DNA of 64,000 bases from a delta proteobacterium MLS_D (GTDB lineage Bacteria > Desulfobacterota > Syntrophia > Syntrophales > UBA2210): positions 103,900 to 167,899 of the forward strand of contig LQBH01000001.1 in the NCBI GenBank assembly GCA_002030015.1. Reading direction: 5' to 3'. The translations under genes were made by a program, and so were the position numbers. A model generated the notes under the pieces. It had not been told where the DNA came from. It did no database searches and saw only the letters and a program-made list of their open reading frames with translations. Positions 9,688-18,559 of this stretch are shown piece after piece (position 1 is the first letter of the stretch; each line of letters opens with the position of its first letter).

Positions 9688-9722
9688 GCCCGGCGCGTAT
9701 CAACGAGGCCGAAGTAACACTG

Positions 9723-12700
9723 TCATGGTTCTCGTTTAACACCGCTGCCGAGCCTGTTCTCGATCAGCGACAGGAGGTCTGTCCGACCCGATTCCCGGGC
9801 CAGTTCAAGCGCCCGTTCGGCGGTTTGACGGGCCCGTGACTCGTAACCTGACTCGCGGTAAGCCCGGGCCAGCGTTGCCAGTATTTCAGGGTTCTTTGCT
9901 CCCGTCAGTTTTGATGCCTGTCGCGCGTGGTAAAGGGACCACCGTGGATCGAATACCTGACGCTCGGTTGCAAGAACAAGTGCCAGGCTGTCGTGGGCCT
10001 CAGCCATTCCGGGCTCGAGCCGGATTGCCTGTCTGAGATGGGCGGCGGCGTCAACGGGATTGCCGAGTCGAACCTCAATATGTCCCGCCTGGTAGTGAGC
10101 TTCCGCCGAATCCGGCTCTACCCGAAGCACTTCCAGGAAATAATGAAGAGCCTTTTCATCCTGCCCTTTTGCAAGGTAAACATAGGCGCTGTTTCCAAGC
10201 GCCCGTAGAAACCGGGGTCTCAGTGCGAGTGCCCGTTCAAGGTATTCCAGGGCTTCATCATGTTTCCCCGCTTTGTACAGCAGGCAGCCAAGGTCATTGA
10301 GACTTTGCGTGTTAAACGGCTCACCCTGGATTCCTTTCCGGTAATGAACGATCGCTTCCTCCAGTTCACCTTCCTCTGCCAGGCACCAGCCGAGATAGAA
10401 GTGGGCGGGTGCCTTCTGTTCCATCGAAGGTAGCATTTCTTTTATTGATGTGATCTGGATCTGTCGAAGCTCCCGTGCCAGGGTGGAATCTCTCAGGATA
10501 TTAAAATCAAGGGGATTGCGGGAACTATACTCTTCCAAAAGCGCCCTGTATCGTTCCCGTTGATTTCTGTCCGCTCTGGATAGATCAACCATGTTGGCAA
10601 AGGGTGTATACACCGACAGGGCGTAGGCGGCATAGTCGATGCGGGCATCCACCGATTCGAACAAGACCTGGCGGTGGGAGCGGGTATCGGAACTGAGACG
10701 GGAATGCTCGAGCAGACGACGGAGAAGAGCCATCTGGACGTCACCATTCCGATACATGAGGCGCGGAGCGGCATATTCCAGCAGGGGCCGGTTTTCCCTG
10801 TTCACGGGTCCCTGCCCGAAAACTTCGTCAAGGTTCTCCGATACGATCAGACGGTAGAGCAGTTCCGGGTATGCCAGATCAATATTATGTGAATGCCGCG
10901 CATAGGAAATGTTGTGACGGGCCTGCTTCCAGTCCGGCCCGTTTCCGCTTTTGAACCCGACAAAGAGAAAGTCACCGGACAGACCTCCCGGTTCACAGGA
11001 GATGAGCAGGCTGTCGGGGAAAACGTCGGCAAAGGTCCGACCCACGAGAGTGAAAGTGTCCCAGTCCATCTGGTAGCAGTGAAACCACTGGACGCAAATG
11101 CCGTCGTCATTGAGCTTTTTCCGCGCCGCTTCGAAAAATTCCCGCGTAAAAAGTGATGCCTGCCCTGCCATCCAGGGATTCGACGGCTCCGATATAATCA
11201 CGTCGTAGGTTGTTCTGGTGAGAACCAGGTGGGCCAGGCCGTCCTGCACGATAGGGCGAGTTCGCGGATCGTCGAGAACATTATTGTTCCAGAGATCAAA
11301 AAAACGGGCGGCCTCAAAGACCCGGTCATTGATGTCCACCACGTCGACCTGTTGCACCGGGTAGTGAAGCACTTCACCGACCGTGATGCCGCTCGCCAGC
11401 CCCAGAATCATAACATTTCCCGGGTTTTTTGCAAAGAGCATGGGAAAATGGGCAAGCAGCGTCTGGGTCTTCATGTCTCCCCGCGACGAAGCATCCATCT
11501 TGCCGCTGTTGGCCATCGAATACTCGGCTTCGCCGAAAGGTCCGGGATATTTCAGAACCGTGGTGAACCCTCCGATGCCGTCGCCGTAATATACCAGCTC
11601 ACCCCGCTCCAGGGCCGCGAGAATATCGGCCCCCGAAAGGGCCGCTCGAACCCATCCCGTAGATTCCGCCAGCTCGGTGATTCCATCCGCCCCTCCGAAA
11701 CGGTGATACTTTCCCCGTGCCAGAATATGGCGGTTCCAGGATGGATAGATCGTACAGAGTGTCAGCCCTGCGACAAAAATAATTGCAAGCGTCGCAGCCC
11801 GCCAGAGTCTCTCCCCCTGCTTTAGTATCAGTACCAGCCCGGCGCCCAGTGAAACAGCCATCTGCAGGGCGATCACGAGGCTTATCCCCGTTTCCTTGCC
11901 CACCATCGGAATGAGAATGAACCCGGTACAGAACGAACCCAGCACGGCGCCGATAGTGTTCATGGCGTAGGCGACGCCGATGGATCGTCCGACGGTTGAC
12001 AGGGAACGTGTGTAGATTTTCGCAACCAGCGGGAAGGTGGCCCCCAGGAAAAAGGTGGGAAGTATCATGAATCCAAACAGGGTAAGCGCCTTGATAATGA
12101 AGAAGACCGTGAAGTGATCGCTGAAAGCGTGAATAAGCTTGACAAAGAAAAGCTGGCTGTTCCCGAAAAACTGGCTCACAAAGAGGGCAAAAAAAGCTGC
12201 TGCCGTCTGGCTCACGATGAGCAGTGCGGGAACGTTTTTCGTTCTGTCGGCCCACCGGCCGAATGCCAGGTTTCCCAGGGCAAGTCCCGCAATAAAAGTC
12301 ACCAGGACAATGGTGAAAGAATAGGTTGTGGGGCCGATGAGAAGTCCCAGGAGCTTGGTCCAGAAAACCTCGTAGGCCATAGCACAGAAACCGGACACCA
12401 TGAAAATCGCGAGGGCGCAATACAGAACCGCGGGAGAATACAACCCGTCGATTGTTTCTGTTACTTTTCCATTCACTTCGCTGCTGCCGGTGGTTTTCTC
12501 AGGCCGGCCGTTTTTTTCTCGGGGTGCCAGGGCGAGACAGGTAACGCCGATGGCACAATTAACAGCGACAGCCGCAAGCATGGAGCCCCAGACTCCCATG
12601 ACGTTGATCATCCAGAAGCCACAGAGCAGTGCTCCCAGCGCGGCGCCAAAGGTGTTGATTCCGTACAACAGGCCCGCGTTCGAACCAAGTCGCGAAAGGC

Positions 12701-13130
12701 TGTCAACTGAGTACTTGCAGAGAATGGGCAGGGTCGCCCCCATACAGGTTGTGGGAACAACCAGTACAAGGAGTGTCCCGACAAAAATAAAAAAATTGTA
12801 CGCCAGGATATGTTCGTAGAGATTGTTGTACAATACTCCGCACGGAATCTGTAACAGCATGAGCAACAGGGGAACGCCGAGCGCATATATGCCGACGGCC
12901 AGTTCGAGAAAACCATATATTCTGACGAGTTTGGGTCCCTGGAAGCGATCGATTGTCCGGGCGGCTATGTAGCTTCCCAGTCCCAGTCCGCTCATGAAAG
13001 CCACGAGGGTTGCGGCGACAGCAAAGGGCGCTCCGCCGATAACCTGGGAGATCAATCGCATCCAGATAATTTGATAGACGAGGCCGGTCATTCCGGAAAA
13101 AAAGAAAAAACCCGGGATGAGGATCTTCAT
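9723..13130 (-). CDS. fused polytopic membrane (MFS-like) / spermidine-synthase-like / TPR-repeat protein
   Basis: About 1135 aa from the ATG at 13130 (MKILIPGFFFFSG..); the ORF stays open to 13265. The N-terminal ~500 aa hold many TM helices, the middle is a SpeE-like Rossmann domain (ILGLASGITVGE, DVVDIND, IISEPSNPW), and the C-terminus has several TPR-like repeats. Confidence 0.75.
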   Translation of the reverse strand: MKILIPGFFFFSGMTGLVYQIIWMRLISQVIGGAPFAVAATLVAFMSGLGLGSYIAARTIDRFQGPKLVRIYGFLELAVGIYALGVPLLLMLLQIPCGVLYNNLYEHILAYNFFIFVGTLLVLVVPTTCMGATLPILCKYSVDSLSRLGSNAGLLYGINTFGAALGALLCGFWMINVMGVWGSMLAAVAVNCAIGVTCLALAPREKNGRPEKTTGSSEVNGKVTETIDGLYSPAVLYCALAIFMVSGFCAMAYEVFWTKLLGLLIGPTTYSFTIVLVTFIAGLALGNLAFGRWADRTKNVPALLIVSQTAAAFFALFVSQFFGNSQLFFVKLIHAFSDHFTVFFIIKALTLFGFMILPTFFLGATFPLVAKIYTRSLSTVGRSIGVAYAMNTIGAVLGSFCTGFILIPMVGKETGISLVIALQMAVSLGAGLVLILKQGERLWRAATLAIIFVAGLTLCTIYPSWNRHILARGKYHRFGGADGITELAESTGWVRAALSGADILAALERGELVYYGDGIGGFTTVLKYPGPFGEAEYSMANSGKMDASSRGDMKTQTLLAHFPMLFAKNPGNVMILGLASGITVGEVLHYPVQQVDVVDINDRVFEAARFFDLWNNNVLDDPRTRPIVQDGLAHLVLTRTTYDVIISEPSNPWMAGQASLFTREFFEAARKKLNDDGICVQWFHCYQMDWDTFTLVGRTFADVFPDSLLISCEPGGLSGDFLFVGFKSGNGPDWKQARHNISYARHSHNIDLAYPELLYRLIVSENLDEVFGQGPVNRENRPLLEYAAPRLMYRNGDVQMALLRRLLEHSRLSSDTRSHRQVLFESVDARIDYAAYALSVYTPFANMVDLSRADRNQRERYRALLEEYSSRNPLDFNILRDSTLARELRQIQITSIKEMLPSMEQKAPAHFYLGWCLAEEGELEEAIVHYRKGIQGEPFNTQSLNDLGCLLYKAGKHDEALEYLERALALRPRFLRALGNSAYVYLAKGQDEKALHYFLEVLRVEPDSAEAHYQAGHIEVRLGNPVDAAAHLRQAIRLEPGMAEAHDSLALVLATERQVFDPRWSLYHARQASKLTGAKNPEILATLARAYRESGYESRARQTAERALELARESGRTDLLSLIENRLGSGVKREP

Positions 13131-13301
13131 CCGATGTACGGAGATTCTCACAATTTCCCGCAGACTCCTGTTTTTTTTATTCACTATAACGGGTCGGAAA
13201 GGAGAATGATCGGACACGGTCGAGAGATGTGATACTGCTATACCACAAGACTGTACCTCATTCAAAGAGTAAGGGAAGAAACGGCTTTCTTCGGGGTTTT
13301 C

Positions 13302-13331
13302 TTGACGAAAGTCGGTTTTCTGTTCTATAGT
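13302..13331 (+). promoter_or_regulatory. candidate sigma-70 promoter for the LysM/rhomboid/DUF2007 genes
   Basis: TTGACG-18 nt-TATAGT, 30 nt upstream of the ATG at 13361, with a GAAAGGA SD in between. Confidence 0.45.
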
Positions 13332-13360
13332 CTTTCAACACAGCGAAAGGATACCATCAC

Positions 13361-13978
13361 ATGCGCAGCGACAAAGAGGACGAGTTCATCGACCTTGAAG
13401 AACACGACGAGGACGATTCCGACAATGGGGACGATTTCGATGATGATTCCCGGGATCTGTCGGAATGGGCAAAAGACAGAAAAAATATACTCCTGATCAC
13501 CGCCGGATGTGTGCTGGCGCTGATTCTCATTGTCCTTCTTCTGTCGTCGGGAGACGAACCGGCTGTTTCGCAAGATGATTTTACGGCGTTGATGCTTCGT
13601 GTCAACCGGATCGAGTCGCGGGTAGCCCAGCTCGATGGAATGGAACGGGCGGTCGCCGACCTGCTTGAGAATCGAAAGGATGTTCCCGGTGACGCACCGG
13701 TCCTGATCAGTCGACTCGACGCCCTGTCGAAGAAAGTCGACGCCCTGCAGCGCAATATGGGGACACTCTCGGCCGAGGCGCAGGCTCTCAAGACGACCGC
13801 GACATCGAAGACCGAAGAACGTGGAACACCTCGCTATCACACGGTGAAGCAGGGGGAAACCCTCTTCGGAATCGCGCGGGCCTATAATGTCGATCTTGAC
13901 AGGCTTTGCTCCATGAACAAGATAAATCGCCGGGATACCCTTCATGAGGGCCTGAAACTGGCTATTCCGTCCGAATAA
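13361..13978 (+). CDS. LysM domain membrane protein
   Basis: Acidic N-terminus, one TM helix (ILLITAGCVLALILIVLLL), a coiled-coil region and a C-terminal LysM domain (YHTVKQGETLFGIARAYNVDLDRLCSMNKI..LKLAIP). Confidence 0.8.
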   Translation: MRSDKEDEFIDLEEHDEDDSDNGDDFDDDSRDLSEWAKDRKNILLITAGCVLALILIVLLLSSGDEPAVSQDDFTALMLRVNRIESRVAQLDGMERAVADLLENRKDVPGDAPVLISRLDALSKKVDALQRNMGTLSAEAQALKTTATSKTEERGTPRYHTVKQGETLFGIARAYNVDLDRLCSMNKINRRDTLHEGLKLAIPSE

Positions 13979-14055
13979 AAGGCGGGGCGACAGGACATGT
14001 TCCTTTTCGTATCCGCGTCTTGGTCCCTGCAGGAACCGGGAGACCCCGGCCGTCC

Positions 14056-15033
14056 ATGATACCCCTTCGAGACACCATACCCGCCAGGACCTTTCCCGTT
14101 GTTACCACGTCGCTTATCGTCGTCAACGTCCTTATTTTCCTGATGATGCCGGGTCACGGCCGGGAACTCCAGAACGTTGTTTTCACCTACGGGCTTGTCC
14201 CTGCGCGGTACAACCTGCCCGGGTTAGCCGAGCGGTTCAGCTTCGGCATGCAGGCGTTGTCGCTGGTTTCTTTCATGTTTCTTCACGGTAGCTTCTGGCA
14301 CCTTCTGGGGAACATGTGGTTCCTCCATATTTTCGGTGATAATGTTGAAGACGAGCTGGGACCGTTCGCGTTTCTGGCTTTTTATCTTCTCTGCGGGACG
14401 TTTTCCGGCGTTGCGCACCTGGTCCTGAATTTCCACTCGGCGGTTCCCGTCATCGGCGCAAGCGGCGCTGTCGCCGGCGTCATGGGCGCTTACTTTATCC
14501 GGTATCCGCGGTCCCGCATTCTGACGTTCATCCCGATTCTAATCATTCCCTACTTTATTGAGGTGCCGGCGGCCTTTTTTCTCGGAGTCTGGTTCTTTTT
14601 TCAGTTTATAAGCGCCGCGCTTTCCGGCGCGGATGGAGGAGGAATAGCCTGGTGGGCCCACGTGGGCGGCTTCGTCGCGGGCGTCCTGTTTTTTAAGCTG
14701 TTCATGATTTTCCCGGAATCGGGCGTGACGGACAGCCTTCGCCGAATCACGGCACGGCGAAGCAGCCCCCGCGTCCGCGTTGTCCGTCGCGAAGAAAGTG
14801 GGGGCAATGATTTTTACGGAACGCTTTCCATATCGCCGGACGAAGCCCTGCGGGGAACGCGTAAAATTATAAGCGTTCCTTCCGGGGTTCAGAAACGATT
14901 ATTCGCCGTTTCTGTTCCGTCCGGCGTCGAAAATAAACAGGTAATACGATTACCGGAGCTGGGCCGGAAAGTAGGTGATGAGAGCGGCGGCGACGGGTAT
15001 CTCACGATTTTGATCAACCGCAGCGCGCCATAA
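14056..15033 (+). CDS. rhomboid-family intramembrane serine protease fused to a DnaJ-type C-terminal domain
   Basis: Rhomboid motifs FLHGSFWHLLGNMWFL, GASGAVAGVMGAY (Ser) and AHVGGFVAG (His). The C-terminal ~70 aa (DFYGTLSISPDEALRGTRKIISVP..VSVPSGVENKQVIRLPELG..GGDGYLTILI) match the DnaJ CTD pattern. Start taken at the ATG at 14056. Confidence 0.8.
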   Translation: MIPLRDTIPARTFPVVTTSLIVVNVLIFLMMPGHGRELQNVVFTYGLVPARYNLPGLAERFSFGMQALSLVSFMFLHGSFWHLLGNMWFLHIFGDNVEDELGPFAFLAFYLLCGTFSGVAHLVLNFHSAVPVIGASGAVAGVMGAYFIRYPRSRILTFIPILIIPYFIEVPAAFFLGVWFFFQFISAALSGADGGGIAWWAHVGGFVAGVLFFKLFMIFPESGVTDSLRRITARRSSPRVRVVRREESGGNDFYGTLSISPDEALRGTRKIISVPSGVQKRLFAVSVPSGVENKQVIRLPELGRKVGDESGGDGYLTILINRSAP

Positions 15034-15061
15034 GGCGCGATTGATGTAAAAGGAGACCGTA

Positions 15062-15322
15062 ATGAAACCGGAAGGATGGGAAGTGGTATTTGTCGCGCCG
15101 GGACTGGCTTACGCGAACATCGCGGCGGGAAGACTGGAGGCGGAAGGGATTCCTGTGCGCATGGACTATGAATCGGTCGCCGTTCTCTACGGTCTCACTC
15201 TCGACGGTCTCGGTCGCGTGAACATACTGGTTCCGGCCGGGGAACGGGAACACGCCCGCCGGGTGCTGGATGAAACATACCGGGAGGACGATCTCGAATG
15301 GGAAAAGCCATTCGAAGATTGA
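15062..15322 (+). CDS. DUF2007-type small protein (putative signal-transducing fold)
   Basis: 86 aa with the pattern VVFVAP..EANIAAGRLEAEGIPV..NILVP..EHARRVL, typical of the family as I recall it. Confidence 0.55.
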   Translation: MKPEGWEVVFVAPGLAYANIAAGRLEAEGIPVRMDYESVAVLYGLTLDGLGRVNILVPAGEREHARRVLDETYREDDLEWEKPFED

Positions 15323-15337
15323 TAACCGGGAATGTCG

Positions 15338-15604
15338 TCAGGATTGCAGCATGGTCCAGACGCCGACGGCAATGAAGGCGCCTCCGGCAAGTTTCATCAT
15401 GATTTTTTCGTTGATGAACTGGGAGAGCGCCGTTCCGAAGAGTACCGCCAGGATCGTGGCGGTGACGAGCGCCAGGGCGGCGCCGAAAAAAACGACAAGC
15501 TTGCTGTTACCCGCGCCGGAAGCATAGAGCAGGGTGGCAATCTGGGTTTTATCGGCTATTTCTGCAAGGAACACTGTTGTAAAAACCGTAAGAAAAAGCT
15601 TCAT
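15338..15604 (-). CDS. UPF0016 (GDT1/TMEM165) single-domain membrane protein, putative cation transporter half-unit
   Basis: 88 aa, 3 TM helices, signature FLAEIADKTQIAT. Confidence 0.75.
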   Translation of the reverse strand: MKLFLTVFTTVFLAEIADKTQIATLLYASGAGNSKLVVFFGAALALVTATILAVLFGTALSQFINEKIMMKLAGGAFIAVGVWTMLQS

Positions 15605-15644
15605 ATTTTATGTCCTTTGTTCGCACGGAAACAGGGGGTTTTGT

Positions 15645-16676
15645 TTATGAGACAGCGGTGCCGCCGCATTGTAAAATGCCGTCCAGTTGAGTTCCGCAGC
15701 GGGGGCATGCCGTTCCCGAAAGATTGATTCCCAGAATACGGAACCCGTAACGATCAATGAGCAGCTCCCCGCAGGATGAGCACCTGGTTTTTTCTCCATT
15801 ATCACCGGGAAGGTTGCCTGAGTAAACGTATTTAAGTCCCTCCTCCGCCCCGATTCGGCATGCCTTCTGAATCGTTTCCGGGGGTGTCGCCCCGGTAGTA
15901 TGTAATTTATAGTGAGGTTGAAAACGGCTGATGTGCCAGGGCACTTCCGGTCCGAGTGAACGAATGAAGCGCGCGATGTCCCTCAGCTCTTCAGGGCTGT
16001 CATTCAGGCCGGGTATGATAAGCGTCGTTACTTCGAGCCAGATGCCTCGCTCATGCATTCCCTGCAGCGTGTCGAGAACGGGCTGCAGCCTGCCCCCGCA
16101 GTACTTCCTGTAAAAGGAGTCACTGAAAGATTTGAGGTCGATATTGGCCGCGTCGATAACGGTTCCTGCGAGATCGAGGGCCTCGGGTGTCAGGAACCCG
16201 TTTGATATGAAAAGATTTAAAATATTTTTTTCATGTGCCAGGCGGCCCGTTTCGTAGACAAACTCAAAGAACACGGTCGGTTCCGTGTAGGTATACGCGA
16301 TTGACAACGCTCCGCTCCGCGCGGCGTAATCAACGATCTGTTCCGGCGTCCGCACGCGGCCCGGGATTACAGCCTGATCCTGTGGTACCTGGGAGATTTC
16401 GTAATTCTGGCAGAAAACACAGTGAAAATTGCAACCGACGGAAGCAACCGAAAAGGATAAAGATCCCGGACAAACGTGAAAGAGAGGTTTTTTTTCGATA
16501 GGGTCCAGGTTTTCGGCGATGATGCGGCCGTCGACAAGCGAGTAGAGTGTCCCGTCGCGGTTTTCCCTGACGCCGCAGATACCTCGCCTGCCGGGTTTTA
16601 TCAGGCACCTGTGCGCGCAGAGAACACACCGGACGCGTTTGTCGTCCAATCGCTCATACAGCATCGCTTCTCTCAT
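15645..16676 (-). CDS. AmmeMemoRadiSam-system-type radical SAM enzyme (PFL-activase-like)
   Basis: N-terminal Cys cluster CVLCAHRCLIKPGRRGICGVR, radical SAM motif GCNFHCVFCQN, and a C-terminal zinc-ribbon-like CSSCG..CPRCG. Confidence 0.75.
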   Translation of the reverse strand: MREAMLYERLDDKRVRCVLCAHRCLIKPGRRGICGVRENRDGTLYSLVDGRIIAENLDPIEKKPLFHVCPGSLSFSVASVGCNFHCVFCQNYEISQVPQDQAVIPGRVRTPEQIVDYAARSGALSIAYTYTEPTVFFEFVYETGRLAHEKNILNLFISNGFLTPEALDLAGTVIDAANIDLKSFSDSFYRKYCGGRLQPVLDTLQGMHERGIWLEVTTLIIPGLNDSPEELRDIARFIRSLGPEVPWHISRFQPHYKLHTTGATPPETIQKACRIGAEEGLKYVYSGNLPGDNGEKTRCSSCGELLIDRYGFRILGINLSGTACPRCGTQLDGILQCGGTAVS

Positions 16677-16682
16677 GAGACA

Positions 16683-17438
16683 TCACCTTTCCCTGTTACA
16701 GGCCGTGCCGGCAACCCGGCGGTTTTCTCTCAGCCGTACTTCGACATTCGCTCCGAGCGGTTCCTGCAGCGTTCGAAAGTGGTAGGTTACGGGGAATGAG
16801 ATGCCAGCAATCGATCCGAAGGGATTTTTACGCCACGGGATCTTCCGGTCGATGCCCTCCGCCCGGGGATACCAGCAGGCGGGGAAAAAGACAATGCTTC
16901 CCCATTCCACGGGCACACCGGGCATTGCGGCGCGGACCAGGCGAATCGCTTCAAACACGCCGAATGAATGAAACGCCGGCGCCGGGAAACTCGTTGCCCT
17001 GATTCGCTGCGCAAACGGCGAGGCATGGTTGATAAGCGTCAACACCACCCTCGCCCGGCTCACTCGAACCGCTTCGCGAAGTGCCTGAATCGGATTTTCT
17101 GTCGTTTCCAGCGAGGTCAGCATCGTTACCACGTCGAACTCGTCGTCTGAAAAGGGCAGATCCTCGCTGTCTCCAAGGTGCAAGTCAATTCCGGGACTGA
17201 TCTTTTGGCGCGCGGCGTCGATAAGGACCCGGGATGTTTCCGTTCCCGTGACCAGATATCCAAGATTTCTGAAAAAAACCAGATCACGACCCGTTTTGCA
17301 TCCTACACCGAGAAGGCGTTTCCCTCCCGTTGAAGGAAGAAGAGTTGAAACAAGTTCATGGGTTCTCGTTTCAATTGATGTTCCTTCTGGCGACGCGATC
17401 CACTCTTCGTAGGTATTAAGGGTATCGTTGATTTCCAT
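16683..17438 (-). CDS. class I SAM-dependent methyltransferase
   Basis: Motif I LLGVGCKTGRD and the acidic post-I region DLPFSDDEFDVV. It lies 6 nt upstream of the radical SAM gene. Confidence 0.7.
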   Translation of the reverse strand: MEINDTLNTYEEWIASPEGTSIETRTHELVSTLLPSTGGKRLLGVGCKTGRDLVFFRNLGYLVTGTETSRVLIDAARQKISPGIDLHLGDSEDLPFSDDEFDVVTMLTSLETTENPIQALREAVRVSRARVVLTLINHASPFAQRIRATSFPAPAFHSFGVFEAIRLVRAAMPGVPVEWGSIVFFPACWYPRAEGIDRKIPWRKNPFGSIAGISFPVTYHFRTLQEPLGANVEVRLRENRRVAGTACNRER

Positions 17439-17461
17439 TGCCGGTTATTCCTCGCCGCCGG

Positions 17462-18454
17462 TCATCCCCCAATGGTGGACATGTTTCTCGCGCATTTCTT
17501 CCGGGCGGTGAAATTCGAAGCACAGTGATATCCCTCCGGTTTCATGCTGATCAGCCATTCAATCAATTCGGTCAGACGGGAATCTGTGCAACCGCTGCGC
17601 AGCGGCGACATGAGATCGACTTCCGGATCATCGGCGAGCAGGCAGGCCCGAAGACGGCCATCCGCGGTAAGGCGAAGCCTGTTGCAGGTTGCGCAAAACT
17701 GGTGGCTCATGGCGCTTATGAACCCCAGTTCACCCGGGAGGTCCTTCATTTTGAATATTCGGGCCGGGCCGTTGTTTCCTCCGGGGGCAACGTCGACGGG
17801 TATAAGGGGTATGGCGGCGTTGATCCTGTTCATGATCATATCGTTCGACAGGTACCGGAAATCGTGTTCCATGTTTTCACCGATGGGCATGTATTCGATG
17901 AATCTCACCTGGTAGTCGTTTTCCGAGGCAAGCCTGACAAGATCATCGATTTCGTCGTCATTGAATCCCTTGATAACAACCACGTTGATCTTGATTGGAT
18001 CGAATCCTGCTTCCCGGGCTTTCGCGATGCCCCGGAGGACTCGTTCCAGGTCGCCGCCCCTCGTTATGGCCCGGTATTTCTCGGGAACCAGGGAGTCCAG
18101 GCTGACATTGATCCGCCTGATGCCTGCTTCATACAGTGGTTCCGCGAAACGTTCCAGAAGAATCCCGTTCGTGGTGAGGCTGATATCCCGCAGACCCTCG
18201 ACCTTTCCGAGAGCAGCCAGAAAATCAACCACGCCCTTTCGTACCAGTGGTTCTCCTCCGGTGACGCGGATCTTGGTAATGCCCTGTTGAACGGCGATTC
18301 TGACCACCCGCAGCATTTCCTCATAGCGGAGAATGTCGTTATGCCCGAGGCAGGAAATGCCCTCTTTCGGCATACAGTAGACGCATCGGAGATTGCAGCG
18401 GTCGGTGACGGATATTCTCAGGTAGTTGATTTCTCTTTTGAAGGTGTCGATCAT
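17462..18454 (-). CDS. moaA: GTP 3',8-cyclase MoaA (molybdenum cofactor biosynthesis)
   Basis: YLRISVTDRCNLRCVYCMP radical SAM motif, C-terminal cluster CATCNRLRLTADG, terminal GG. Confidence 0.9.
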   Translation of the reverse strand: MIDTFKREINYLRISVTDRCNLRCVYCMPKEGISCLGHNDILRYEEMLRVVRIAVQQGITKIRVTGGEPLVRKGVVDFLAALGKVEGLRDISLTTNGILLERFAEPLYEAGIRRINVSLDSLVPEKYRAITRGGDLERVLRGIAKAREAGFDPIKINVVVIKGFNDDEIDDLVRLASENDYQVRFIEYMPIGENMEHDFRYLSNDMIMNRINAAIPLIPVDVAPGGNNGPARIFKMKDLPGELGFISAMSHQFCATCNRLRLTADGRLRACLLADDPEVDLMSPLRSGCTDSRLTELIEWLISMKPEGYHCASNFTARKKCARNMSTIGG

Positions 18455-18559
18455 CGGAAAGCGCCCTTTCCTAGCCGATATTTGCCGGAAAATTTATCAC
18501 ATTGACACAGTGATGGCAAGAAAGAGGAGCTGCCGTCCAAAGGCGTCGTAACGGGGAAA

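Noticed and set aside
15605-15644. yybP-ykoY Mn2+ riboswitch in front of the UPF0016/GDT1-family gene.
   Set aside because: Only 40 nt separate it from the upstream radical SAM gene, leaving no room for the element. The gene is probably co-transcribed with its neighbours.
18455-18559. Molybdenum-cofactor (Moco) riboswitch upstream of moaA.
   Set aside because: The spacer is only 105 nt, which is shorter than the motif. Apart from a small hairpin (GGAAAG-GGCG-CTTTCC) next to the start codon, no conserved Moco features are recognisable.
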